The notes beneath the pieces are model-generated. The model did not search any database. It saw nothing but the letters and a program-made list of their open reading frames with translations, and had not been told where the DNA came from. Positions 1 to 9,455 of a DNA stretch of 64,000 bases are shown here, one piece after another (position 1 is the stretch's first letter; each line of letters begins with the position of its first letter). The stretch is taken from sequence record DRR723986_33163; one strand, 5' to 3'. The position numbers were made by a program, and so were the translations under genes.

Positions 1-4
1 AAAC

Positions 5-1024
5 ATGAAAATAATAGTACCAATGGCAGGTCGTGGATCGCGTCTAAGACCACATAGTTTAACAGTACCAAAACCATTAATTCCGGTTGCAGGACAACCT
101 ATTGTACACAGATTAGTAAAGGATATTGCTAAAGTCTTAAAACAACCTATAGAAGAAATTGCATTCGTTTTGGGAGATCCAGCATTTTTTGGCGATGATG
201 TTGTTGAGAGCTTAACAGCGTTAGCAGAAGACCTAGGTGCAAAGGCATCGATTTATAGACAAGATCAACCCTTAGGTACAGGTCATGCTATTATGAGCGC
301 AAAACCATCCTTATCTGGTCCTGCTGTAATTGCGTATGCAGATACTTTAATAAGAGCAGAGTTTGATTTAGATCCAACTGCAGATAGTGTTATATGGACA
401 AAACGTTTGGCTAATCCAGAAGCCTATGGTGTTGTAAAATTAGATGTAAATGAAAACATCGTAGAACTTGTTGAAAAACCAGAATCCTTTGTAAGCGACC
501 AAGCTGTGATTGGCATATACTACTTTAAGGACGTTGCTGTTTTAAAAGAAAAATTACAAGAGGTACTTGATGAGAACGTAATGAATGGCGGTGAATACCA
601 AATTAATGATGGTATTAAACGAATGATGGACGATGGTAGAGTGTTTAAAACAGGTACCGTTGACGAATGGATGGACTGCGGAAATAAATCCGTGACACTA
701 GAAACTAATGCCAAGATGTTAGGATTTCTTAAAGATGACAACGAAGAGCAATTAATACATGCCTCTGTCGTTTTAGATAATGCCAATGTTATTGAGCCTT
801 GTTTTATCGGTAAAGGAACAGTATTAAGAAACACAACAGTTGGTCCATATGTGTCTATTGGTAAAGATTGTGAAATAGAGAATTCAACCGTTAAAAATAG
901 CCTAATACAGAATCAAACCAATATTAAAAATGCTAACTTAGACGAAGCCATGATTGGTAATCATGTGAAGTATGATGGTGGCTTTACCAAAATTAGTATT
1001 GGCGATTATTCTATTTTGGAATAA
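5..1024 (+). CDS. Sugar-phosphate nucleotidyltransferase (glucose-1-phosphate thymidylyltransferase-like)
   Basis: N-terminal MAGRGSRLRP...PKPLIPVAG NTP-transferase motif, QPLGTGHA, LVEKP, C-terminal hexapeptide-like repeats. Confidence 0.85.
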   Translation: MKIIVPMAGRGSRLRPHSLTVPKPLIPVAGQPIVHRLVKDIAKVLKQPIEEIAFVLGDPAFFGDDVVESLTALAEDLGAKASIYRQDQPLGTGHAIMSAKPSLSGPAVIAYADTLIRAEFDLDPTADSVIWTKRLANPEAYGVVKLDVNENIVELVEKPESFVSDQAVIGIYYFKDVAVLKEKLQEVLDENVMNGGEYQINDGIKRMMDDGRVFKTGTVDEWMDCGNKSVTLETNAKMLGFLKDDNEEQLIHASVVLDNANVIEPCFIGKGTVLRNTTVGPYVSIGKDCEIENSTVKNSLIQNQTNIKNANLDEAMIGNHVKYDGGFTKISIGDYSILE

Positions 1025-1039
1025 CTTTTGAAGACGTAT

Positions 1040-1082
1040 TGTCATTCAGAGCATTCCGAATATATTCGGAGTCGAAGAATCT
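1040..1082. repeat. REP-like palindromic intergenic element
   Basis: TGTCATTCAGAGC...GTCGAAGAATCT frame enclosing the perfect 16-bp palindrome TCCGAATATATTCGGA (1055-1070). Confidence 0.5.
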
Positions 1083-1085
1083 AAA

Positions 1086-2447
1086 ATGAAATTAACTAAT
1101 AAAATAGCAAAATTACTCTTGGTACTATTCATAGTGCCTAGTCTAGCTATTGCCCAAGTCGATTTCAACAAAAGGCCAGATGATGATTTAGGAAATGTTG
1201 AAGACGAATTTCAAGAACATTTTTTTGAAGCTCTAAAACAAAAAGGTATTGAAAACTATGATAGAGCAATTGAAGCTTTATATAAATGCCTTAACCTAGA
1301 TAGTAAAAAACCAGTCATTTTCTTTGAGTTAGGTAAAAACTACAGTAAGCTAAAAAACTTCGGTGCTGCTGAAGAAAATCTAAAGAAAGCCATTGATATG
1401 CAACCTGATAATGAATGGTTTTTGGATGAGTTATATGATGTTTACTATCAACAAGATGATATTGATAATGCGATTAAAACCATAAAGCAATTAGTTAAGT
1501 ATCATCCAGATTACAAAGAAGATCTTGCATCCTTATATGTGCGTGAAAAGAAATACAAACAGGCTTTGGATTTATTAGATGAACTCGATGAAGAGTTTGG
1601 TTTAAGTGAGTCTAGAGACGCCATGCGAAATGACATCTACAGTATTACAGGCAATGCAGAAGACCGTATAGAAAACCTGGAACAACGTATTGCAAACAAC
1701 CCAAATAATGAAGATAATCATTTAAAACTCATTTATAGGTACAGCCAAACTGGTGACAAAAAGAAAGCTTATAAAGCAGCACAGAATCTGTTAAAAATAA
1801 AACCAGATTCTAAATTTGTACACTTAGCATTATATAAGTTTTATCTGCAAGATGATAAAGTAGAAGAGGCAATTAATTCAGTAAAGATAGCCTTAACTAG
1901 TACAGAGATTAATGCAGATGCCAAAGCAAAAGTGCTAAAGGATTTTGTAAGTTTTGTTTCCAAAAACCCAGAATACGAATCAGATTTAATTGATGTAACG
2001 TCTTTGGTAGATGAGAATAAAGACGCACAAACACATAGTGATTTGGCCCAGTATTATCTTAAGGCAGGAGATAAAGTAAAGGCACTGAGCAATTATAAAG
2101 CGGCGCTTAATCAAAATCCTAATGATTTTAAACTTATAAAGGACGTGCTATTATTACAGCTAGATTTACAAGATTTCAAAACAGTGGTCACAGATAGTGA
2201 AAATGCTTTAGAACTGTATCCGGCGCAACCAATTTTATATTTGATTAATGGAGTTGCTCAGAACAAATTAAACAATTATAGGAAGGCAGTTGATAGTTTA
2301 GAAATGGGCTTAGACTTTTTAATAGATAACCCAAGCATGGAAGCAGACTTTTATTCAGAACTGAGTATATCCTTTAAAGGCTTAAATAATATAACCAAAT
2401 CTGAAGCGTTTGCTAAAAAGGCACAAGCTATAAAAGCCCAACAATAA
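1086..2447 (+). CDS. Tetratricopeptide-repeat protein, exported
   Basis: Signal peptide (SLAIAQ) and repeated TPR-like helices (FELGKNY...AEENLKKAIDMQPDN; LAQYYLKAGDKVKALSNYKAALNQNPND). Confidence 0.85.
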   Translation: MKLTNKIAKLLLVLFIVPSLAIAQVDFNKRPDDDLGNVEDEFQEHFFEALKQKGIENYDRAIEALYKCLNLDSKKPVIFFELGKNYSKLKNFGAAEENLKKAIDMQPDNEWFLDELYDVYYQQDDIDNAIKTIKQLVKYHPDYKEDLASLYVREKKYKQALDLLDELDEEFGLSESRDAMRNDIYSITGNAEDRIENLEQRIANNPNNEDNHLKLIYRYSQTGDKKKAYKAAQNLLKIKPDSKFVHLALYKFYLQDDKVEEAINSVKIALTSTEINADAKAKVLKDFVSFVSKNPEYESDLIDVTSLVDENKDAQTHSDLAQYYLKAGDKVKALSNYKAALNQNPNDFKLIKDVLLLQLDLQDFKTVVTDSENALELYPAQPILYLINGVAQNKLNNYRKAVDSLEMGLDFLIDNPSMEADFYSELSISFKGLNNITKSEAFAKKAQAIKAQQ

Positions 2448-3239
2448 ATGAAGCTAATTAAATTATATACTAGTTTAAAGTTAATACTAAGTTTACTTTT
2501 AGTGGTGCTTGTGGTTAGCTGTAAATCAGCAAAAAGTGTTATTGCCTCAGGTGAAGCTAGTGAAAGGCTTTCAGCAAAGCAAGTCATTAAGCAACATCAG
2601 AAAAAACAAACGGATTTTAAAACCTTTCAGGCAAAAGTAAAAATAGACATCACTCAAAATCAAAAAGAGCAAGGATCTACATTTAATATGCGTATGGAAA
2701 AAGACAAAGTCATTTGGTTGAGCGCAAAATTAGGGTTAGCCAGAATGATGATAACACCACAACGTGTTAGGTTTTATAATAAATTAGATAACGAATATTT
2801 TGATGGAGATTACGAGTTATTGAGTGATTTTGTTGGTGTAGAACTAGATTTTAATAAGGTTCAAAATATTCTTCTGGGACAGGCTATTTATAATCTAAAA
2901 GAAGAACCACACAAGGTGTCTGTTAATCAAAACTCATACGCGTTGCAACCTAAAGATCAAAATGCCTTATTAGAGTTGTTTTATATGATTAATCCATCTC
3001 ATTTTAAGATGGATAGCTTACAGTTATATCAACAACTAAAAAAACGCATGCTTCAGGTAGACTATTCCTCTTATCAAGAAGTTAAAAAACAGATTTTACC
3101 TCAAAATATAAGAATTGTTGCAGTTGAAGACTCTGATGAAGTAGCAATTACTATGGAATTCAAATCCGTTTCACTTAATGAAGACGTTCGTTTTCCGTTC
3201 AGAATTCCTTCTGGTTATAAAGAAATAGTCATTAGATAA
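2448..3239 (+). CDS. DUF4292-family lipoprotein
   Basis: Lipobox VVSC, RMEKDKVIWLS motif, C-terminal FPFRIPSGYKEI; usual position between TPR gene and envC. Confidence 0.75.
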   Translation: MKLIKLYTSLKLILSLLLVVLVVSCKSAKSVIASGEASERLSAKQVIKQHQKKQTDFKTFQAKVKIDITQNQKEQGSTFNMRMEKDKVIWLSAKLGLARMMITPQRVRFYNKLDNEYFDGDYELLSDFVGVELDFNKVQNILLGQAIYNLKEEPHKVSVNQNSYALQPKDQNALLELFYMINPSHFKMDSLQLYQQLKKRMLQVDYSSYQEVKKQILPQNIRIVAVEDSDEVAITMEFKSVSLNEDVRFPFRIPSGYKEIVIR

Positions 3240-4459
3240 TGAAAAGTAAACACCCTTATATTTATATACTTATAGCATTTTTATTATCTACGTTCTCGTT
3301 AGATGCACAATCTAATAAGCAAAAAGCATTGGAGCAGCAGCGTCAGCAAATCCTAAAAGAAATAAAGGAATTTAGAGCAATTATATTAGGTAAAAAGAAA
3401 GAAGAGAAGTCTGAAATTTCATTAATAGAAGATTTAACGTATAAGGTAAGAAAGCGACAAAACCTCATTAGAATTACTAATGAACAAGCCAATCTGTTAA
3501 CCAGAGAGATTAATGCTAATCAAAAAGAAATCACAAGTCTTAGAACGCAGTTGCAAGAATTAAAAGATGATTATGCTGCCATGGTAGTGAAGTCTTATAA
3601 AAGTAAATCTGAGCAAAGCAAAGTGATGTTTTTATTGTCTTCAGACAACTTTAAACAAGCCTATAAGCGCCTTCAGTATATTAAACAATATTCTAATTAC
3701 CAGAAAGAGCAAGGTGAAGCTATTAAGACCAAGACTAAAGAATTACAAGAGCTTAATATTCAGCTGTCAAAACAAAAAGAAGATAAACAGAAACTCATAG
3801 AAGAAAATAGAATTGCTAAGCGAGAATTAGAAAAAGAATTAAAGGAACGCGAAGTGTTAATGGCCTCTATTAAATCTGATATGAGCAAGTTTGCCGCTCA
3901 GATTAAAAAGAAGCAACAAGAAGCAGATCGACTAGACAAAGAGATTAACCGTTTAATTAGAGAAGCTATTGCAGCGTCTAATAAAAAAGCCGGGAAAGCC
4001 ACTTCTACCGGAAAATTTGTTTTAACACCTGAAGCAAAAAAATTAGCCTCTAGTTTTGAAGCTAATAAAGGAAAATTGGGTTGGCCAGTATCTAGAGGAG
4101 TTATTAAATCTAAATTTGGAAAAGGACGTTCTTTAACCGATAGCTCTGTTGAGGTTAATAATCCTGGAGTTAAAATTGCAACCGAAGCTAATGCAGAAGT
4201 AAAGGCAGTATTTAACGGAGAAGTTTCTAAAATTGTGATCGTAAAAAATGGTAATCCTGCTATTATTGTAAGACATGGTAATTACCTAACTATATACACT
4301 AACCTTTCTAAGATTTACGTAAAGTCAGGTGATAAAATTACAACAGGTCAGGTTATAGGACAGGTGTTTACCAGCAAATCTAGCGGTGAAGCAATGTTAG
4401 GATTCAGGATTTATAAAAACAGCCAAAAACTCAACCCACAGTATTGGTTAGCAAAATAA
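3239..4459 (+). CDS. envC: Murein hydrolase activator EnvC family (coiled coil plus degenerate M23 domain)
   Basis: Signal peptide, long coiled coil, NKGKLGWPV...FG...IIVRHGNYLTIY LytM fold lacking intact Zn ligands. Confidence 0.8.
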   Translation: MKSKHPYIYILIAFLLSTFSLDAQSNKQKALEQQRQQILKEIKEFRAIILGKKKEEKSEISLIEDLTYKVRKRQNLIRITNEQANLLTREINANQKEITSLRTQLQELKDDYAAMVVKSYKSKSEQSKVMFLLSSDNFKQAYKRLQYIKQYSNYQKEQGEAIKTKTKELQELNIQLSKQKEDKQKLIEENRIAKRELEKELKEREVLMASIKSDMSKFAAQIKKKQQEADRLDKEINRLIREAIAASNKKAGKATSTGKFVLTPEAKKLASSFEANKGKLGWPVSRGVIKSKFGKGRSLTDSSVEVNNPGVKIATEANAEVKAVFNGEVSKIVIVKNGNPAIIVRHGNYLTIYTNLSKIYVKSGDKITTGQVIGQVFTSKSSGEAMLGFRIYKNSQKLNPQYWLAK

Positions 4460-4512
4460 AAAATTCTTAACGCAAATGCTTTAAGGATTAAATCAACTAA
4501 CTCAATTTTAAA

Positions 4513-4728
4513 CTAAACTCGTACTATTACATAACCATTTCTGGTTTTTCTATAGTGTTTACCATTAAAAAAGTAATAGCGCTTTCCTTTTACACGAACT
4601 ACTTTATATTGTCTAGGTAATTTTTTTACTACGGTTACTGAAGCAGGTTGTTTTACAACGACTCTAGTTGCACAAGACGTAAAGCTTAATGCAAATACAA
4701 ATACTAAGGTGTATACTAAATATTTCAT
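4513..4728 (-). CDS. Small basic lipoprotein (DUF6515-like)
   Basis: Lipobox FTSC; VKKLP..YKVVRVKGKRYY..G..Y...GYVIV pattern; own candidate promoter and terminator. Confidence 0.65.
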   Translation of the reverse strand: MKYLVYTLVFVFALSFTSCATRVVVKQPASVTVVKKLPRQYKVVRVKGKRYYFFNGKHYRKTRNGYVIVRV

Positions 4729-4752
4729 GGTCTTTTAAATTTGGTTCAATAC

Positions 4753-4780
4753 TAAGACCACTAAAAAATAAAAAGGTTTA
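4753..4780 (-). promoter_or_regulatory. Candidate ECF-sigma promoter for the DUF6515-like gene
   Basis: Minus strand TAAACC-N15-GGTCTTAG, matching the AAC...TCT ECF architecture, about 25 nt upstream of the ATG. Confidence 0.4.
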
Positions 4781-4784
4781 AATA

Positions 4785-5294
4785 CTACTCAAAAATAGCT
4801 TTTAGCTCAGTAGCATCTTGTGGCTTCATTTTACCAGCAAGAACAAGGCTCAATTGCTTACGTCTTAAAGCGCCTTCAAAACGTTCTTTTTCTAGTTTAG
4901 TTTCAGGGATAAGTTCAGGTACTTTTACTGGTCGTCCCATTTCATCTACTGCAACAAAGGTGTAGATAGCTTCATTAGCTTTTATACATTCACCAGATTC
5001 TCTGTCTTCAATCCAAACATCTAAATAGACTTCCATAGATGAGGTAAACGCTCTTGATACCTTAGCTTCAACAGTAACAACACTACCAAGCGGAATAGCA
5101 CGATTAAATGCAACGTGGTTTACAGAAGCCGTAACTACAATCCGTCTGGAGTGTCGTCTGGCAGCGATACTTGCCGCTCTATCCATACGTGCTAATAACT
5201 CACCACCAAAGAGGTTATTTATAGGATTAGTTTCGCTAGGCAAAACGAGATCTGTAAGTATTGTTTTAGACTGAAAAGCTGTTTTGGATTGCAT
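4785..5294 (-). CDS. Acyl-CoA thioesterase (hotdog fold)
   Basis: VLPSETN...LFGG.LLARMDRAA..AARRH...VVTASV. Start set to ATG 5294 because a TATCTTTG promoter element (5313-5320) overlaps the longer ORF start. Confidence 0.9.
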   Translation of the reverse strand: MQSKTAFQSKTILTDLVLPSETNPINNLFGGELLARMDRAASIAARRHSRRIVVTASVNHVAFNRAIPLGSVVTVEAKVSRAFTSSMEVYLDVWIEDRESGECIKANEAIYTFVAVDEMGRPVKVPELIPETKLEKERFEGALRRKQLSLVLAGKMKPQDATELKAIFE

Positions 5295-5387
5295 AAATTT
5301 TAAAAATTTAGGCAAAGATAAGATGTTTTTAAATGACGCTTATAGCATTATGAATTTATTAGCTATTTTCAAGATATTAATTAACAA

Positions 5388-6005
5388 GTGATGCAGTATT
5401 ACAAGCATATTATTCTTTTAGACAGCTTTTTTATTTTGCTGTCATGCAAAGCGCAAACAGTAATTAAATCCATAGAAGGAGACGGCTCGTGCCCACTATA
5501 TGATACCAATTGTTATGAAAAAGATGTTAATAATGAGTTTGGCAAATATGTAGGCACCTGGACCTATACCAATGGTGATACTGAGCTAATTTTTAAGTTA
5601 AAAAAAGAAGAACATTATCAAATATCTACTAATTCTAGCTACACTGATATGTTAGTTGGAGAGTACAAGTATATATAGAATGGTATTCAAAAGGTAAATA
5701 CCTTGTCAGATTTTGATAGTGCTACACTATCTGGTTATGATCACAGAATCAGTGGTGGAGTATTTGTGCATAGACTACCAAATAGCTGAATTGACAATAG
5801 TGATACGACAGAAATAAAAATTGAGCTTTTTATAGAAAGTCCAGAAGATGATTTTATTGAAGGAAGGCTTATATTACGATATGTCAACGATAATGGTGTA
5901 GAAAAAATACAAGTATGTGTGTATGACTACTCAACACTAGCAGATGATGTTAATGCCAGAATAGAAGTGCCAGATGGTTACTACGAAATGGTAAAACAAG
6001 ATTAA
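5388..6005 (+). pseudogene. DUF6705-like lipoprotein pseudogene with two in-frame stops
   Basis: LSCKAQ signal. The frame continues past TAG (5676-5678) as NGIQKVNTL..., then past TGA (5787-5789) as IDNSD...GRLILRYVNDNGVEKIQV...VPDGYYEMVKQD to TAA 6003-6005. Confidence 0.75.
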
Positions 6006-6015
6006 ATTATAATAC

Positions 6016-6043
6016 AAAACCCTTTCAATTACGAAAGGGTTTT
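6016..6043. terminator. Bidirectional intrinsic terminator
   Basis: AAAACCCTTTC-aattac-GAAAGGGTTTT between convergent genes. Confidence 0.8.
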
Positions 6044-6063
6044 CAATTTATTTCGCGTTTAAA

Positions 6064-7002
6064 TTAATCTAATTTCTTAATCAACAACCATGCATCACGG
6101 TTGTGTGCTCGGCGTATTTTGTAGAGTTCGCGTTGTGCTTCTGTTCTGGTTTCAAAGCTGGCATAAACCACTTCGTGCAACCCATAGCGGTTGGCTCCTA
6201 TTTTTCTGGCCTTATAACCTTTAGCTCTAAGTTGCTTTACTTTTTTATCAGAATTGGCTTCAATTCTAAATGCACCAGCCACAATATGGTAATTACCAGT
6301 CTGCTTTTCTATCGTTAAGGTTGCAGCAGGTAAAGGATTACTGATTACAAAAGTAGCTTCTTGCACTTTAGCATCGAGCTGTGCATTGGCTTCTTCTTGT
6401 GCTAATTGATTATGACTTTCTATACTATTGTTGTAATAGTTATAGCCAAAATAACCACCTAAGCCTAAAACGATAACCGCTGCTGCAGCATACTTTAGCC
6501 AGTTGTTATTAGAGCGTTTTTCTGGAGTTAATACAATAGGCGCAACCTCTTCTATGGCTTCAGCTTCTTCTTTATAAACTTTGCGCTTAATGTTATCGGA
6601 GTTAAAATGAGATAAACCAAATGAATCCGTTAAATAATTGATATGGTTAGACGGATCAAAAACAATCTTGCCGTCTGTATTAAGAATTAACTCACCAATA
6701 TTTTCAAACTGAATGGTTTCACCTTCAATTAAATACGATTTAATAGATTTTACCTGCTTCGCAATTTTGCTAATAGCAGCCTCATAAGGTATTTTTTCAA
6801 CCTCAGCGATATAATTGCCTAAAAGCCCATCATTATTTTGCAGTTGCTCATTAAACGATAATACTTTTTTAGGCGGATAAAACGTATGGGTAGTTTCATG
6901 CACTTTTGCCGAAACGCGATTGGTTAAAAATGCTCCAAATTCAGGCACTGTAACACAATCGTATCGGTATAAAAGGTCGCTAATGTATGTCTCTAACTGC
7001 AT
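6064..7002 (-). CDS. SPOR-domain membrane protein with N-terminal HU/CCDC81-like domains
   Basis: ISDLLYRYDCVTVPEFGAF N-terminus, central TM helix, C-terminal YHIVAGAF...AWLL SPOR domain. Confidence 0.85.
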   Translation of the reverse strand: MQLETYISDLLYRYDCVTVPEFGAFLTNRVSAKVHETTHTFYPPKKVLSFNEQLQNNDGLLGNYIAEVEKIPYEAAISKIAKQVKSIKSYLIEGETIQFENIGELILNTDGKIVFDPSNHINYLTDSFGLSHFNSDNIKRKVYKEEAEAIEEVAPIVLTPEKRSNNNWLKYAAAAVIVLGLGGYFGYNYYNNSIESHNQLAQEEANAQLDAKVQEATFVISNPLPAATLTIEKQTGNYHIVAGAFRIEANSDKKVKQLRAKGYKARKIGANRYGLHEVVYASFETRTEAQRELYKIRRAHNRDAWLLIKKLD

Positions 7003-7107
7003 AAAGACAAAGTTAAAAATTTTTGTATGCGATAAAAATTTGGCGCGATTTAGTTATTAACATCAGAAAATTTAGTTTCTTGTGTGTTTCAAATCAGTGA
7101 CTTAATA

Positions 7108-8211
7108 ATGACAGACCAGCAACTTATTTATGCTTTAGCCTTGCAACATGTGCCAAAAATTGGTGCAACAACGGCTAAAAAATTAATTAATCATTGTGGC
7201 TCTGCAGAAGCAGTTTTAAAAGAAAAGAAATCAAAACTTTTAAAAATTGATGGCATTGGTACCATTACTATTGAGGGACTTTTTGATAATAGTCATCTTG
7301 AAGAAGCGGAACGCGAATTACAATTTATACGAGATAACAACATAGTTACGCACTACTTTACAGAAGACTCGTATCCTGAACGCTTAAAGCACTGTATAGA
7401 TGGTCCTATTGTACTATTTCAATCAGGAAATATAAATCTCAAGGATCAGCCTATAATCAGCATTGTTGGAGCACGAAAAATTACAACAAATGGTATTGCG
7501 TTTTGTGAAAAACTGGTTGAAACACTTGCACAATTTAATCCTGTTATTGTATCAGGTTTTGCTTATGGTACAGATATTACGGCGCAAAAAGCAGCAGTAA
7601 AGCACAACTTACAGACCATCGGTTGTTTGGCACATGGTTTAAACCAGATTTATCCTAAGGTGCATAAAAAATATGTTGCAGATATAGAACGACATGGTGG
7701 ATTTTATACGGATTTCTGGAGTACAGATGTATTTGATAGAAATAATTTTTTAAAACGAAATCGCATAATTGCAGGTCTCAGTGAAGCGACTATCGTTATA
7801 GAATCTGCTGAAAAGGGTGGAAGTTTGGTAACGGCAGATATCGCTAACTCTTACAATAGAGATGTTTTTGCCGTACCTGGTAGAACGACGGATAGCCAAA
7901 GTGTTGGGTGTAATAATTTAATAAAATTTCAGAAAGCACATTTACTTTCAGATCCTTTAGATGTGCCATATCTACTTAATTGGCAACTCGAAAAAGATGA
8001 AAAACCAGTGGTGCAAAAACAACTGTTTGTTGAGTTAGACGCTGATGAGAAAATCATTTATAATTATTTAAAAGACAATGACAAGGAGCTAATGGATGTT
8101 ATTGCTTTTGAATGCGGTATTCCTACTTATAAACTCGCTGGCATCTTATTGAATATGGAATTGAAAGGTGTGATTAGACCACTACCAGGTAAGTTGTTTG
8201 AGGTTATTTAG
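7108..8211 (+). CDS. dprA: DNA-processing protein DprA
   Basis: ISIVGAR, VSGFAYGTD, FLKRNRIIAGLS, ESAEKGGSLVTA, VFAVPG and C-terminal winged helix; ATG 7108 preferred over GTG 7084. Confidence 0.95.
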   Translation: MTDQQLIYALALQHVPKIGATTAKKLINHCGSAEAVLKEKKSKLLKIDGIGTITIEGLFDNSHLEEAERELQFIRDNNIVTHYFTEDSYPERLKHCIDGPIVLFQSGNINLKDQPIISIVGARKITTNGIAFCEKLVETLAQFNPVIVSGFAYGTDITAQKAAVKHNLQTIGCLAHGLNQIYPKVHKKYVADIERHGGFYTDFWSTDVFDRNNFLKRNRIIAGLSEATIVIESAEKGGSLVTADIANSYNRDVFAVPGRTTDSQSVGCNNLIKFQKAHLLSDPLDVPYLLNWQLEKDEKPVVQKQLFVELDADEKIIYNYLKDNDKELMDVIAFECGIPTYKLAGILLNMELKGVIRPLPGKLFEVI

Positions 8212-8371
8212 AATTCTTAACAACTGTTATAATGTTATAAGCACTGGCAATTATTATTACAATAGCTGCATAAGCAATCCAATCTAATGTTTGTTCATCT
8301 ATAACTCTAGAGATGATTAATAAAAGCATTGCCAGAATAATTAGTAATGGGCTTATGAGCTCTTTTTTCAT
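8204..8371 (-). CDS. Small 55-aa two-TM membrane protein (not in ORF track)
   Basis: MKKELISPLLIILAMLLLIISRVIDEQTLDWIAYAAIVIIIASAYNIITVVKNSK; ATG lies 2 nt after the trpS stop and the ORF fills the gap to dprA. Confidence 0.6.
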   Translation of the reverse strand: MKKELISPLLIILAMLLLIISRVIDEQTLDWIAYAAIVIIIASAYNIITVVKNSK

Positions 8372-8373
8372 TT

Positions 8374-9345
8374 CTAATACCCAACTTTTTCTCGTACACG
8401 TTTTAAAACACTATCTGCAACAACTTTTGCTTTTGCAGCGCCTTTAGCTAACGTAGAGTCTACTTCACTAAGATTTGCCATGTAATAATCATAACGTTCT
8501 CTCGGTGCTGCAAAACGTTCTAGGATTAACTCATATAATGCCTGTTTTGCATGACCGTAACCATAATTACCGCCTTCGTAATTAGACTTCATAGTAGCGA
8601 TTTGCTCCTCTGAACCCAATAAGTTATAAATAGCAAAACAATTACATGTTTTCCAGTCTTTAGGTTCCTCGAGTCGAGTGCTGTCGGTTTGGATAGACAT
8701 TATCTGTTTACGCAGTTTCTTTTCTGGTAAAAAGATATTAATGATATTTCCTTTACTCTTGCTCATTTTAGCACCATCAGTACCAGGAATAAGCATGGTA
8801 TCTTTTTTAATATCTGCTTTTGGCAATACAAACGTCTCACCACCCATTTTAGCATGAAATCGAGAGGCCACATCGCGTGTCATTTCAATATGTTGTTCCT
8901 GATCTTTTCCGACAGGAATAATTTCAGAATCATATAACAAAATATCCGCAGCCATTAGCATAGGATACGTAAACAAGCCACCATTAACATCATCTAAACG
9001 ATCTGCTTTATCTTTAAAACTATGTGCTAATTCTAATCGCTTAAACGGAAAGAAACAATTAAGGTACCAAGCCAATTCTGTTACCTGTGGCACATCACTT
9101 TGACGATAAAAAACCGTTTTATCAATATCTAGCCCAAAAGCCAACCAAGTAGCAGCAGTAGAGTAGGTGTTATTTCTAAGTGTATCTGCATCTTTTATTT
9201 GTGTTAAAGAATGTAAATCTGCAATAAACAAATACGAATCATTTGCTCCGTCTTTAGCTTTTTCTATTGCAGGTAAAATGGCACCTAAAATGTTTCCTAA
9301 GTGTGGTGTACCTGTACTTTGTATGCCTGTTAGTATTCTTGCCAT
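8374..9345 (-). CDS. trpS: Tryptophan--tRNA ligase
   Basis: ILTGIQSTGTPHLGN (HIGH-like), YPMLMAADIL, PVGKDQ, KMSKS; start at ATG 9345, downstream of TATCTTTG at 9393-9400. Confidence 0.97.
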   Translation of the reverse strand: MARILTGIQSTGTPHLGNILGAILPAIEKAKDGANDSYLFIADLHSLTQIKDADTLRNNTYSTAATWLAFGLDIDKTVFYRQSDVPQVTELAWYLNCFFPFKRLELAHSFKDKADRLDDVNGGLFTYPMLMAADILLYDSEIIPVGKDQEQHIEMTRDVASRFHAKMGGETFVLPKADIKKDTMLIPGTDGAKMSKSKGNIINIFLPEKKLRKQIMSIQTDSTRLEEPKDWKTCNCFAIYNLLGSEEQIATMKSNYEGGNYGYGHAKQALYELILERFAAPRERYDYYMANLSEVDSTLAKGAAKAKVVADSVLKRVREKVGY

Positions 9346-9455
9346 AATATGACCTGCAAATGCAGGTGTGTCATTAAAAATTAAACGAAGCACAAAGATA
9401 AATTTTTAGCAACACTATAAGAAGTGATTTGAATTAAATACTTAGTTTTGATGCC

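Noticed and set aside
9346-9393. N-terminal extension of TrpS (MLRLIFNDTPAFAGHI) given by the ORF track
   Set aside because: It begins inside the -7 promoter box and spans a leader hairpin; the conserved protein begins at MARILTG
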